64,000 nt of DNA from Escherichia coli (GCF_003790525.1 NZ_CP033635.1), one strand, 5' to 3'; counted from the stretch's first letter, positions 43,195 to 55,970 are shown. A program made the numbers and translations. Notes: generated by a model not told the origin, from the sequence alone.

Positions 43195-43226
43195 TTTCTA
43201 AATGCAATTAAAATCAGGTTGCCAAA

Positions 43227-43508
43227 TTAATCGTAGCGATTTAACACGATTCGACGTTTGCTATCGCTACCTGCAACAACCACTTCTGTCGTTACACCTT
43301 TGACGGGCGAAGAAAACAGATGACGGGTGTCAACATTATACGTTAACTGACCACAATGCTGTTGAGGTTGACCATTAACCATAGCCATACTGCATGTTGG
43401 GGGACTGATCCTGCCATTAATCGCTAATGTGGCAGTCTCTGAAGAGAATGCGGGAGAAGCCAATCCATAGGCAAGAAAAATAATTCCTGACAGCCAATAC
43501 TTATTCAT
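43227..43508 (-). CDS. yehE: Small secreted protein YehE (93 aa)
   Basis: Signal peptide MNKYWLSGIIFLAYGLASPAFS; position between yehD and mrp. Confidence 0.75.
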   Translation of the reverse strand: MNKYWLSGIIFLAYGLASPAFSSETATLAINGRISPPTCSMAMVNGQPQQHCGQLTYNVDTRHLFSSPVKGVTTEVVVAGSDSKRRIVLNRYD

Positions 43509-43770
43509 TGAACGTTATCCCTGTAGTAAAGGTTATGCCTGGATAGAATGAGTGCATAACAAACTATAGCTGTACATCCACTACACAGCCACGAAGGATG
43601 ATAATGAAGCATTGCCTGTATGATCAATCGACTTTGTAGAGTTTCGGACGAAGGTCCGCAGAATATTCGCAGTATTAAATAAGTGTTCATTAATGCGGCA
43701 AAAACTAATACACCGCATCAATGTAACATCTCTGCGGTGTATGAAGAATAACCAGAATGGTTAATAGGCG

Positions 43771-44880
43771 TTAGACCGCGCGGAAGGAAATCTCGCCTGG
43801 AATGACTTCACCCTGCCAGTAGAGCTGAGCTGCAACGCGGTCAGCCAGCTGGCGGTAGATAGCGGTAAATTCGCTCTCCGGACGGCTGATAACCGTTGGC
43901 GTACCTTTATCGAGATCCTCACGTAAGGAGATGTGTAACGGCATCTGCCCCAGCAGCTGTGTATGGTATTTTTCAGCCAGTTTCTCTGCACCACCGGTAC
44001 CGAAAATCGGTTCATGGTGACCACAGTTACTGCAAATATGCACACTCATGTTCTCGACAATACCGAGCACCGGAACCTCGACTTTCTCGAACATCACAAT
44101 GCCTTTTTTCGCATCGATCAGCGCGATGTCCTGCGGGGTGGTGACCACGACTGCACCGGTTACTGGAATGTTTTGCGCCAGCGTCAATTGAATGTCACCG
44201 GTGCCTGGCGGCATATCAAGCACCAGATAGTCGAGATCCGGCCACAAGGTTTCCTGCAACATCTGCATTAACGCCTTGCTCGCCATCGGTCCACGCCACA
44301 CCATCGCATTGTCGTCAGTGACCAGATAACCAATTGAATTGGTTGCCAGGCCATGAGACATAATCGGTGCCATATGGGTACCGTCCGGCGAAGTTGGACG
44401 CTGATTTTCTGCGCCCAACATTGTTGGGATTGATGGGCCGTAGATATCGGCGTCCAGAATGCCGACTTTCGCCCCTTCTGCCGCCAGCGCCAGTGCCAGG
44501 TTTACCGCCGTGGACGATTTACCCACGCCGCCTTTACCGGAACTCACCGCGATAATGTTCTTCACACCGTTAATTCCCGGCTGATTCTTCACGCGTTTCA
44601 GAGTGGCTATGTTATGCGACAGTTTCCAGTCGATAGCTTTCGCCCCGGTGATGCGCAGCAGTTCGGCGCTACATTGCTCTTTTAACTCTTCGAACGCGCT
44701 ATGCCAGACAAACGGCATAACCAGTTCCACATGCAACGTGTCGTCCATCCAGGCGACATGGTGCAACGCTTTCAGCGTGGTGAGGTTATGCTTCAGGGTT
44801 GGGTGCTGAAAATTGGCCAGTGTCCCGGCGACCATTGCGCGCAAGGCTTCTGGTGATTTGGCCTGGGATTGTTCGTTCAT
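43771..44880 (-). CDS. mrp: Fe-S cluster carrier ATPase Mrp/ApbC (369 aa)
   Basis: ORF trimmed to MNEQSQAKSPEAL (AGGAG upstream); P-loop GKGGVGKS and CxxC motif. Confidence 0.9.
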   Translation of the reverse strand: MNEQSQAKSPEALRAMVAGTLANFQHPTLKHNLTTLKALHHVAWMDDTLHVELVMPFVWHSAFEELKEQCSAELLRITGAKAIDWKLSHNIATLKRVKNQPGINGVKNIIAVSSGKGGVGKSSTAVNLALALAAEGAKVGILDADIYGPSIPTMLGAENQRPTSPDGTHMAPIMSHGLATNSIGYLVTDDNAMVWRGPMASKALMQMLQETLWPDLDYLVLDMPPGTGDIQLTLAQNIPVTGAVVVTTPQDIALIDAKKGIVMFEKVEVPVLGIVENMSVHICSNCGHHEPIFGTGGAEKLAEKYHTQLLGQMPLHISLREDLDKGTPTVISRPESEFTAIYRQLADRVAAQLYWQGEVIPGEISFRAV

Positions 44881-45011
44881 CCCGACTCCTTTTTTGTATA
44901 GATAAACCATCAGCTGATAGTTTACCTGAAGAATATAGAGAAGTACTTACTTAACATTTTCCCATTTGGTACTATCTAACCCCTTTTCACTATTAAGAAG
45001 TAATGCCTACT

Positions 45012-47045
45012 ATGACTCAAGTCGCGAAGAAAATTCTGGTGACGTGCGCACTGCCGTACGCTAACGGCTCAATCCACCTCGGCCATATGCTGGAGCACAT
45101 CCAGGCTGATGTCTGGGTCCGTTACCAGCGAATGCGCGGCCACGAGGTCAACTTCATCTGCGCCGACGATGCCCACGGTACACCGATCATGCTGAAAGCT
45201 CAGCAGCTTGGTATCACCCCGGAGCAGATGATTGGCGAAATGAGTCAGGAGCATCAGACTGATTTCGCAGGCTTTAACATCAGCTATGACAACTATCACT
45301 CGACGCACAGCGAAGAGAACCGCCAGTTGTCAGAACTTATCTACTCTCGCCTGAAAGAAAACGGTTTTATTAAAAACCGCACCATCTCTCAGCTGTACGA
45401 TCCGGAAAAAGGCATGTTCCTGCCGGACCGTTTTGTGAAAGGCACCTGCCCGAAATGTAAATCCCCGGATCAATACGGCGATAACTGCGAAGTCTGCGGC
45501 GCGACCTACAGCCCGACTGAACTGATCGAGCCGAAATCGGTGGTTTCTGGCGCTACGCCGGTAATGCGTGATTCTGAACACTTCTTCTTTGATCTGCCCT
45601 CTTTCAGCGAAATGTTGCAGGCATGGACCCGCAGCGGTGCGTTGCAGGAGCAGGTGGCAAATAAAATGCAGGAGTGGTTTGAATCTGGCCTGCAACAGTG
45701 GGATATCTCCCGCGACGCCCCTTACTTCGGTTTTGAAATTCCGAACGCGCCGGGCAAATATTTCTACGTCTGGCTGGACGCACCGATTGGCTACATGGGT
45801 TCTTTCAAGAATCTGTGCGACAAGCGCGGCGACAGCGTAAGCTTCGATGAATACTGGAAGAAAGACTCCACCGCCGAGCTGTACCACTTCATCGGTAAAG
45901 ATATTGTTTACTTCCACAGCCTGTTCTGGCCTGCCATGCTGGAAGGCAGCAACTTCCGCAAGCCGTCCAACCTGTTTGTTCATGGCTATGTGACGGTGAA
46001 CGGCGCAAAGATGTCCAAGTCTCGCGGCACCTTTATTAAAGCCAGCACCTGGCTGAATCATTTTGACGCAGACAGCCTGCGTTACTACTACACTGCGAAA
46101 CTCTCTTCGCGCATTGATGATATCGATCTCAACCTGGAAGATTTCGTTCAGCGTGTGAATGCCGATATCGTTAACAAAGTGGTTAACCTGGCCTCCCGTA
46201 ATGCGGGCTTTATCAACAAGCGTTTTGACGGCGTGCTGGCAAGCGAACTGGCTGACCCGCAGTTGTACAAAACCTTCACTGATGCCGCTGAAGTGATTGG
46301 TGAAGCGTGGGAAAGCCGTGAATTTGGTAAAGCCGTGCGCGAAATCATGGCGCTGGCTGATCTGGCTAACCGCTATGTCGATGAACAGGCTCCGTGGGTG
46401 GTGGCGAAACAGGAAGGCCGCGATGCCGACCTGCAGGCAATTTGCTCAATGGGCATCAACCTGTTCCGCGTGCTGATGACTTACCTGAAGCCGGTACTGC
46501 CGAAACTGACCGAGCGTGCAGAAGCATTCCTCAATACGGAACTGACCTGGGATGGTATCCAGCAACCGCTGCTGGGCCACAAAGTGAATCCGTTCAAGGC
46601 GCTGTATAACCGCATCGATATGAGGCAGGTTGAAGCACTGGTGGAAGCCTCTAAAGAAGAAGTAAAAGCCGCTGCCGCGCCGGTAACTGGCCCGCTGGCA
46701 GATGATCCGATTCAGGAAACCATCACCTTTGACGACTTCGCTAAAGTTGACCTGCGCGTGGCGCTGATTGAAAACGCAGAGTTTGTTGAAGGTTCTGACA
46801 AACTGCTGCGCCTGACGCTGGATCTCGGCGGTGAAAAACGCAATGTCTTCTCCGGTATTCGTTCTGCTTACCCGGATCCGCAGGCACTGATTGGTCGTCA
46901 CACCATTATGGTGGCTAACCTGGCACCACGTAAAATGCGCTTCGGTATCTCTGAAGGCATGGTGATGGCTGCCGGTCCTGGCGGGAAAGATATTTTCCTG
47001 CTAAGCCCGGATGCCGGTGCTAAACCGGGTCATCAGGTGAAATAA
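45012..47045 (+). CDS. metG: Methionyl-tRNA synthetase MetG (677 aa)
   Basis: [29 protein letters not shown]... with KMSKS motif and zinc knuckles (CPKC...CEVC). Confidence 0.95.
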
Positions 47046-47054
47046 TCCCCCTTC

Positions 47055-47086
47055 AAGGCGCTGCATCGACAGCGCCTTTTCTTTAT
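47055..47086 (+). terminator. Intrinsic terminator of metG
   Basis: AAGGCGCTG-CATCGA-CAGCGCCTT followed by TTTCTTTAT. Confidence 0.75.
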
Positions 47087-48715
47087 AAATTCCTAAAGTT
47101 GTTTTCTTGCGATTTTGTCTCTCTCTAACCCGCATAAATACTGGTAGCATCTGCATTCAACTGGATAAAATTACAGGGATGCAGAATGAGACACTTTATC
47201 TATCAGGACGAAAAATCACATAAATTCAGGGCAGTTGAGCAACAGGGAAACGAGTTGCATATCAGTTGGGGAAAAGTTGGCACCAAAGGGCAAAGCCAGA
47301 TAAAAAGTTTTTCAGATGCTGCGGCAGCGGCAAAAGCGGAGCTTAAGCTGATTGCGGAGAAGGTGAAGAAGGGGTATGTGGAGCAAGCGAAGGATAATTC
47401 TTTGCAACCTTCCCAAACGGTAACGGGCTCTCTCAAGGTAGCGGACTTATCCACCATTATTCAGGAACAACCCTCTTTCGTAGCAGAAACCCGTGCGCCT
47501 GACAAAAATACAGATGCTGTTTTACCGTGGCTGGCGAAAGATATTGCTGTCGTTTTTCCGCCCGAAGTTGTACACACCACGTTAAGTCATCGCCGCTTTC
47601 CCGGAGTTCCTGTTCAGCAAGCAGACAAATTGCCCCAATTACGTCGCTTAGCCTGTAGTGTGTCGCAACGGGATAATAAAACAGCCACATTTGACTTCAG
47701 CGCCTGTTCTTTAGAATGGCAAAACACCGTCGCCCAGGCGATCAGTCAGATCGACGGCCTGAAAACAACACAGTTACCATCACCAGTAATGGCTGTACTC
47801 ACGGCACTTGAAATGAAATGCACAAGATATAAAGTGCGTGAGGATGTTATGGATCAGATCGTCCAGGAAGGCGGTCTGGAATATGCTACTGATGTAATAA
47901 TACACCTTCAACAGATTGATATTGAATGGGATTATGCGAATAATGTCATTATTATTCTGCCGTCTGGCATTGCACCTAGCTACTTGGAGCAATATTCCAG
48001 ATTTGAATGACGCCTACGTAAACATTTATCACTGACGGAAGAGTCTCTCTGGCAAAAATGTGCACAAAAACTTATTGCCGCAATTCCACATATTCCAGAA
48101 TGGCGGCAACCATTAATTGCTTTGTTATTACCCGAAAAACCAGAAATTGCACATGAAATTGCCCAGCGTCTACTGGGGCAAAAAAAATTACCCTCGCTTG
48201 AGTGGTTAAAAATAGTGGCGACTGATGAGCACATTCTTGCCTCATTAGAAAAATATCACGAACCATATGCCATTTTTGATGATTACTATTGTGGTGCGAT
48301 ATGGTCAGCCACCGTATTACAGGAGCAAGGTGTTGCAGCCCTGCCCCGATTTGCTCCCTATGCCGCAAGTGACTACTGCGCCGATGTGTTGCGTCATATC
48401 AATCATCCGTTCGCATTGACACTGCTTATACGTGTAGCCGGGCAAACTAAACGCTGTCACGATCGGATGACGAAAGCCATTGCTGCGTTCCCACATGCAG
48501 CAATGGCGGCACTGACGGAACTTCTTGGGCAAAAAGAAGAGAACAGTTGGCGCATTATGCTAATGACAATGCTTATCTCACAACCAGCACTGGCAGAACA
48601 GGTCATTCCCTGGCTCTCGACACCCGCAGTTGCCGTACTGAAATCATGCCAGCAACAACTGACACAGCCCTCAAACCATGCCAGCGCCGATCTACTGCCA
48701 GCCGTAGTAGTCTCC

Positions 48716-50054
48716 CATAAGCGCTAACTTAAGGGTTGTGGTATTACGCCTGATATGATTTAACGTGCCGATGAATTACTCTCACGATAACTGGTCAGCA
48801 ATTCTGGCCCATATTGGTAAGCCCGAAGAACTGGATACTTCGGCACGTAATGCCGGGGCTCTAACCCGCCGCCGCGAAATTCGTGATGCTGCAACTCTGC
48901 TACGTCTGGGGCTGGCTTACGGCCCCGGGGGGATGTCATTACGTGAAGTCACTGCATGGGCTCAGCTCCATGACGTTGCAACATTATCTGACGTGGCTCT
49001 CCTGAAGCGGCTGCGGAATGCCGCCGACTGGTTTGGCATACTTGCCGCACAAACACTTGCTGTACGCGCCGCAGTTACGGGTTGTACAAGCGGAAAGAGA
49101 TTGCGTCTTGTCGATGGAACAGCAATCAGTGCGCCCGGGGGCGGCAGCGCTGAATGGCGACTACATATGGGATATGATCCTCATACCTGTCAGTTCACTG
49201 ATTTTGAGCTAACCGACAGCAGAGACGCTGAACGGCTGGACCGATTTGCGCAAACGGCAGACGAGATACGCATTGCTGACCGGGGATTCGGTTCGCGTCC
49301 CGAATGTATCCGCTCACTTGCTTTTGGAGAAGCTGATTATATCGTCCGGGTTCACTGGCGAGGATTGCGCTGGTTAACTGCAGAAGGAATGCGCTTTGAC
49401 ATGATGGGTTTTCTGCGCGGGCTGGATTGCGGTAAGAACGGTGAAACCACTGTAATGATAGGCAATTCAGGTAATAAAAAAGCCGGAGCTCCCTTTCCGG
49501 CACGTCTCATTGCCGTATCACTTCCTCCCGAAAAAGCATTAATCAGTAAAACCCGACTGCTCAGCGAGAATCGTCGAAAAGGACGAGTAGTTCAGGCGGA
49601 AACGCTGGAAGCAGCGGGCCATGTGCTATTGCTAACATCATTACCGGAAGATGAATATTCAGCAGAGCAAGTGGCTGATTGTTACCGTCTGCGATGGCAA
49701 ATTGAACTGGCTTTTAAGCGGCTCAAAAGTTTGCTGCACCTGGATGCTTTGCGTGCAAAGGAACCTGAACTCGCGAAAGCGTGGATATTTGCTAATCTAC
49801 TCGCCGCATTTTTAATTGACGACATAATCCAGCCATCGCTGGATTTCCCCCCCAGAAGTGCCGGATCCGAAAAGAAGAACTAACTCGTTGTGGAGAATAA
49901 CAAAAATGGTCATCTGGAGCTTACAGGTGGCCATTCGTGGGACAGTATCCCTGACAGCCTACAAAACGCAATTGAAGAACGCGAGGCATCGTCTTAACGA
50001 GGCACCGAGGCGTCGCATTCTTCAGATGGTTCAACCCTTAAGTTAGCGCTTATG
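48716..50054 (+). mobile_element. IS186 (IS4 family), about 1339 bp, with perfect 23-bp terminal inverted repeats and 10-bp target-site duplication
   Basis: Left end CATAAGCGCTAACTTAAGGGTTG (48716-48738), right end CAACCCTTAAGTTAGCGCTTATG (50032-50054); direct repeats AGTAGTCTCC at 48706-48715 and 50055-50064. Confidence 0.9.
48771..49883 (+). CDS. IS186 transposase (DDE, IS4 family; about 370 aa)
   Basis: MNYSHDNWSAILAHIGKPEELDTSARNAGALTRRREIRDAATLLRLGLAYGPGG..., the IS186 transposase as remembered; the ORF track starts two codons earlier at GTG 48765. Confidence 0.85.
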   Translation: MNYSHDNWSAILAHIGKPEELDTSARNAGALTRRREIRDAATLLRLGLAYGPGGMSLREVTAWAQLHDVATLSDVALLKRLRNAADWFGILAAQTLAVRAAVTGCTSGKRLRLVDGTAISAPGGGSAEWRLHMGYDPHTCQFTDFELTDSRDAERLDRFAQTADEIRIADRGFGSRPECIRSLAFGEADYIVRVHWRGLRWLTAEGMRFDMMGFLRGLDCGKNGETTVMIGNSGNKKAGAPFPARLIAVSLPPEKALISKTRLLSENRRKGRVVQAETLEAAGHVLLLTSLPEDEYSAEQVADCYRLRWQIELAFKRLKSLLHLDALRAKEPELAKAWIFANLLAAFLIDDIIQPSLDFPPRSAGSEKKN

Positions 50055-52338
50055 AGTAGTCTCCCCTCCCTGGCTTTCGAAAAAGAAAAAATCGCCGATT
50101 CCGGTGCTGGATTTAGCGCCATTAGGCATTGAGCCAATCTGTTATCTGACAGAAGAAATCAGTAATCAACTTTTGGCGAAATATATCTGGTATTCAAAAC
50201 ACATCACGGTTAGCCATGAAGAAAGTACTACCAACCTGTTGGCAAGGATGGGTTTTCAACGACGGATCGCTGGTACATATATTAAAGCTCCCGAAGCGGT
50301 AGTTGAGGCATGGCTAAATGAAGATTATTCAACCTTACTAAGTGAATTTAAGGTGTTTCATTCACCTACCGGGCATTATTGGCAGTTGGGGATTTTGACA
50401 ACATTGCCGCTGGAGAAAGCAGTAAAAGCATGGAATGCCCTTACCCTATCTCCACATACCGATACCGAATACTCCATGTTACATTTTGGACTCAAAGGGT
50501 TACCTGGGTTAGTAAACTCACTTGCACGCTATCCACAAGAAGCCTTGCCCATCACGAATTACTTCGCAGCGAGTGAGCTGGCTCCTGCCGTCGCCCGTGC
50601 CTTCAACAAACTGAAAACGCTACGCGAAAACGCCCGTAGCTGGCTGTTGAAATACCCGGAACATGCCCTTACCGGCCTGCTGCCTGCGGCGCTCGGCAAA
50701 GCCGGTGAAGCACAGGATAACGCCCGCGCTGCCTTGCGTATGCTTACCGAAAACGGTCATCAGCCATTACTGCAAGAAATCGCCCGACGTTATAACCAGC
50801 CGGAAGTAACCGATGCGGTGAACGCTCTGCTTGCGCTCGATCCCTTAGATAATCACCCGACAAAAATCCCCACTCTTCCGGCCTTTTATCAGCCATCGCT
50901 CTGGACGCGCCCGGTATTAAAAGCAAATGCCCAATCACTGCCAGATAGCGCCCTCCTCCACCTCGGTGAAATGCTCCGCTTCCCTCAGGAAGAGGCTCTG
51001 TATCCGGGATTATTGCAGGTGAAAGACGTCTGTTCCGCCGACTCACTGGCGGGATTTGCCTGGGATCTGTTTACCGCCTGGCAGACCGCTGGCGCGCCGT
51101 CGAAAGAGAGTTGGGCGTTCACTGCGTTAGGCGTTCTCGGTAACGATGACACCGCCCGCAAACTGACGCCATTAATACGCGCCTGGCCTGGTGAATCCCA
51201 GCATAAACGCGCCACCGTTGGGTTGGATATTCTCGCTGCTATCGGTAGTGATATCGCCCTTATGCAGCTTAACGGCATCGCCCAGAAACTGAAATTCAAA
51301 GCATTACAGGAGCGGGCAAAAGAAAAAATTGCCGACATTGCCGAGAGCCGCGAACTCACGGTGGCGGAGCTTGAAGATCGGTTAGCACCGGATCTCGGTC
51401 TGGATGATAACGGTTCGCTGCTGCTGGATTTTGGCCCACGGCAGTTCACCGTCAGCTTTGATGAAACCTTAAAACCGTTTGTGCGTGATGTTTCCGGCAG
51501 CCGCCTGAAAGACCTGCCCAAACCGAACAAAAGCGATGATGAAACGCGGGCGAACGATGCGGTTAACCGCTACAAATTGCTGAAAAAAGATGCGCGTACC
51601 ATCGCCGCCCAGCAGGTAGCAAGGCTGGAATCCGCCATGTGCCTGCGCCGCCGCTGGTCGCTGGAAAACTTCCAGCTCTTCCTGGTTGAGCATCCGCTGG
51701 TTCGTCACTTAACCCGCCGTCTGATTTGGGGCGTTTATAGCGCCGAAAACCAGCTACTGGCTTGCTTTCGCGTAGCAGAAGATAACAGCTCCAGCACCGC
51801 TGACGATGATCTTTTCACCCTGCCGGAAGGCGATATCTCTATCGGCACTCCTCACGTTCTGGAAATATCACCAACGGATGCTGCCGCCTTTGGTCAGCTT
51901 TTTGCCGACTACGAACTGCTACCACCGTTCCGCCAGCTCGACCGTAACAGCTACGCCCTGACAGAAGCCGAGCGCAATGCCAGTGAACTGACCCGCTGGG
52001 CAGGCAGAAAATGCCCGAGTGGTCGGGTCATGGGGCTGGCGAATAAAGGCTGGATAAAGGGCGAACCACAGGATGGAGGCTGGATCGGATGGATGATCAA
52101 ACCTTTGGGTCGCTGGTCGTTAATCATGGAAATCGATGAAGGCTTTGCGGTAGGCATGTCGCCAGCCGAACTCAGCGCTGAGCAGCTCTTAAGCAAGCTG
52201 TGGCTATGGGAAGGCAAAGCAGAAAGATATGGCTGGGGGAGTAATTCAACACAGGAAGCGCAGTTCTCCGTAATCGATGCCATCACCGCCAGCGAGCTAA
52301 TTAACGATATTGAAGCCCTGTTTGAATAAGGAAAGAGC

Positions 52339-55300
52339 ATGGACAAGGAATTACCGTGGCTGGCGGATAACGCCCAACTGGAACTGAAATATAAAAAAGG
52401 CAAAACGCCGCTCAGTCATCGTCGCTGGCCGGGCGAACCAGTGTCCGTTATCACTGGAAGTCTCATCCAGACATTGGGTGATGAATTGCTACAAAAAGCT
52501 GAGAAGAAAAAAAACATTGTCTGGCGTTATGAGAATTTTTCACTGGAGTGGCAGTCCGCCATCACGCAGGCCATCAACTTGATCGGCGAACACAAACCCT
52601 CAATCCCGGCCCGGACAATGGCGGCGCTAGCCTGTATCGCGCAAAATGACAGCCAACAGTTGCTCGACGAAATCGTCCAACAAGAGGGGCTGGAATATGC
52701 GACTGAGGTGGTGATTGCACGCCAGTTTATTGCGCGGTGTTATGAGAGTGATCCTCTGGTAGTGACATTGCAGTATCAGGACGAGGATTATGGCTATGGT
52801 TATCGCTCAGAAACCTATAACGAATTCGATCTCCGACTGCGTAAGCATCTCTCTCTGGCAGAGGAAAGCTGCTGGCAGCGTTGCGCCGACAAACTCATTG
52901 CCGCACTACCAGGAATAACCAAAGTTCGCCGCCCTTTTATTGCGCTGATCCTCCCGGAAAAACCAGAAATAGCCAATGAGTTGGTAGGCCTTGAATGCCC
53001 GCGAACTCATTTTCATTCTAAGGAGTGGTTAAAAGTTGTTGCTAATGACCCCACAGCGGTGAGAAAACTCGAACACTACTGGAGCCAGGATATATTTAGC
53101 GATCGAGAAGCCAGCTACATGTCGCATGAAAACCACTTCGGCTACGCGGCCTGCGCCGCCCTTTTGCGCGAACAAGGACTGGCAGCCATTCCGCGCCTCG
53201 CGATGTATGCCCATAAAGAAGATTGCGGCAGTCTGCTGGTACAAATTAACCATCCGCAAGTCATCCGCACCTTGCTACTGGTGGCTGATAAAAACAAACC
53301 CAGCCTGCAACGTGTAGCTAAATACCATAAAAACTTCCCCCATGCGACGCTCGCCGCACTGGCAGAACTGCTGGCGTTAACAGAACCACCAGCCCGCCCT
53401 GGTTATCCAATCATCGAAGACAAAAAGCTGCCTGCACAGCAAAAAGCACGCGATGAATACTGGCGTACGCTGTTACAAACGCTGATGGCATCGCAGCCAC
53501 AACTGGCAGCAGAAGTGATGCCGTGGTTAAGTACTCAACCCCAGTCAGTGCTGAAGAGTTATTTATCGGCACCGCCCAAACCGGTTATTGATGGCACCGA
53601 TAACAGCAATCTGCCAGAAATCCTCGTTTCACCACCGTGGCGTAGTAAGAAAAAAATGACAGCTCCACGTCTTGATTTGGCACCGCTCGAATTAACTCCG
53701 CAAGTTTACTGGCAACCAGGCGAACAAGAGAGGCTTGCCGCCACTGAGCCTGCCCGTTATTTCAGCACGGAATCTCTTGCGCAACGCATGGAACAAAAAA
53801 GTGGACGAGTTGTATTACAGGAACTGGGTTTTGGGGATGATGTATGGCTGTTTCTGAATTATATACTCCCCGGAAAACTGGATGCTGCACGCAATTCACT
53901 CTTGTTCAGTGGCATTACTACCAGGGGCGGGTTGAAGAGATCCTGAATGGCTGGAACTCCCCGGAAGCACAATTAGCAGAACAGGCGCTCCGCAGCGGTC
54001 ACATAGAAGCGTTAATTAACATATGGGAAAATGACAACTACTCACATTATCGTCCGGAAAAGAGTGTCTGGAACCTGTATTTATTGGCACAGTTGCCGCG
54101 TGAGATGGCTTTGACCTTCTGGCTGCGTATCAATGAGAAAAAGCATCTGTTCGCGGGTGAGGACTATTTTCTCAGTATCCTCGGATTGGATGCGCTACCA
54201 GGTCTGCTGTTGGCTTTTTCACATCGTCCAAAAGAAACATTTCCGTTAATTTTAAATTTTGGCGCAACAGAACTGGCGCTGCCTGTTGCCCACGTCTGGC
54301 GACGTTTCGCGGCGCAGCGTGATCTGGCTCGCCAGTGGATTTTACAATGGCCGGAACATACGGCTAGTGCACTTATCCCTCTTGTCTTTACCAAACCCAG
54401 CGATAATAGCGAAGCCGCATTACTTGCCCTGCGTTTACTGTACGAACAGGGACATGGCGAATTGCTACAAACCGTGGCAAACCGCTGGCAGCGTACAGAT
54501 GTATGGTCTGCCCTGGAGCAGTTGCTTAAACAGGGTCCAATGGACATTTACCCGGCACGCATTCCAAAAGCCCCTGATTTCTGGCATCCGCAAATGTGGT
54601 CCAGGCCGCGCCTTATCACTAATAATCAAACTGTTACCAATGACGCTCTGGAAATTATCGGCGAAATGCTGCGCTTTACCCAGGGGGGACGTTTTTATAG
54701 CGGGCTGGAACAACTGAAAACGTTCTGCCAGCCACAAACGCTGGCAGCTTTTGCCTGGGATCTCTTCACTGCGTGGCAACAAGCTGGTGCCCCCGCAAAA
54801 GACAACTGGGCATTTCTGGCGTTAAGTCTCTTTGGTGACGAAAGCACGGCACGGGATCTGACGACACAGATCCTCGCCTGGCCACAAGAAGGCAAATCTG
54901 CCCGTGCTGTCAGCGGCCTGAACATCCTTACCCTGATGAATAATGATATGGCGCTGATACAGCTGCATCATATATCGCAACGGGCTAAATCCCGCCCCTT
55001 ACGTGATAACGCGGCGGAATTTCTTCAGGTGGTCGCAGAAAATCGCGGGCTAAGCCAGGAAGAGCTAGCGGACAGATTAGTCCCAACCCTGGGCCTTGAT
55101 GATCCGCAGGCGTTGAGTTTTGATTTTGGTCCCCGGCAGTTTACCGTTCGCTTCGATGAAAATCTCAACCCGGTTATCTTTGATCAGCAAAACGTTCGCC
55201 AGAAAAGCGTTCCCCGTTTGCGCGCCGATGACGATCAACTGAAAGCGCCCGAGGCACTGGCCCGACTAAAAGGGCTAAAAAAAGATGCTACTCAGGTGAG

Positions 55301-55970
55301 CAAAAACCTGCTCCCGCGTCTTGAAACGGCCCTACGTACCACCCGACGCTGGTCGCTGGCAGATTTTCATTCTCTGTTTGTTAATCATCCCTTTACCCGT
55401 CTGGTTACCCAGCGATTAATATGGGGGGTTTATCCGGCAAATGAACCGCGTTGTTTACTCAAAGCCTTTCGTGTGGCCGCAGAGGGGGAGTTCTGCAATG
55501 CGCAAGATGAGCCAATTGACCTGCCTGCGGACGCTCTGATTGGCATTGCCCACCCGTTAGAAATGACAGCAGAAATGCGCAGTGAATTTGCACAGCTTTT
55601 TGCCGATTACGAAATTATGCCGCCTTTTCGCCAGTTGTCGCGCCGCACGGTGCTGCTCACACCTGACGAGTCAACCAGTAACAGCCTGACTCGCTGGGAA
55701 GGTAAATCCGCTACCGTTGGGCAACTTATGGGAATGCGATACAAAGGCTGGGAGTCAGGCTATGAGGACGCATTTGTCTATAACCTGGGTGAGTACCGGC
55801 TGGTCCTTAAGTTTTCACCCGGTTTTAACCACTACAATGTTGATAGCAAAGCGCTAATGAGCTTCCGTTCTCTTCGAGTGTACCGTGACAATAAATCCGT
55901 CACTTTTGCCGAACTTGATGTGTTTGATTTGAGTGAGGCGTTAAGCGCACCTGACGTCATTTTCCATTAA
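52339..55970 (+). pseudogene. yehI: yehI-like DUF4132 large protein gene with an apparent -1 frameshift inside 53844-53946
   Basis: Two overlapping ORFs (52339-53946 in frame 1, 53844-55970 in frame 0); total span 3632 nt is one nt short of an intact 1210-codon gene; both halves are colinear with the molR paralog. Confidence 0.7.

Larger units (their letters stand above)
47186..52329 (+). pseudogene. molR: molR-like DUF4132 large protein gene, disrupted by an in-frame TGA (48008-48010) and an IS186 insertion
   Basis: Three ORF pieces (47186-48010, 48122-48727, 50104-52329) are colinear with the yehI paralog; the first two are in the same frame and separated only by TGA; the frame resumes correctly after removing IS186 plus one TSD copy (1349 bp). 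Confidence 0.8.

Noticed and set aside
45330-46061. 243-aa ORF on the minus strand
   Set aside because: Antisense to metG; Arg/Ala-rich composition typical of shadow frames.
48008-48010. In-frame TGA in molR as a possible selenocysteine or programmed read-through codon
   Set aside because: No SECIS-like hairpin immediately downstream that I can see, and the gene is also interrupted by IS186; simple pseudogenization is the more economical explanation.
50985-51530. 181-aa minus-strand ORF
   Set aside because: Antisense within the molR C-terminal segment; Ser/Arg-rich low-complexity translation.
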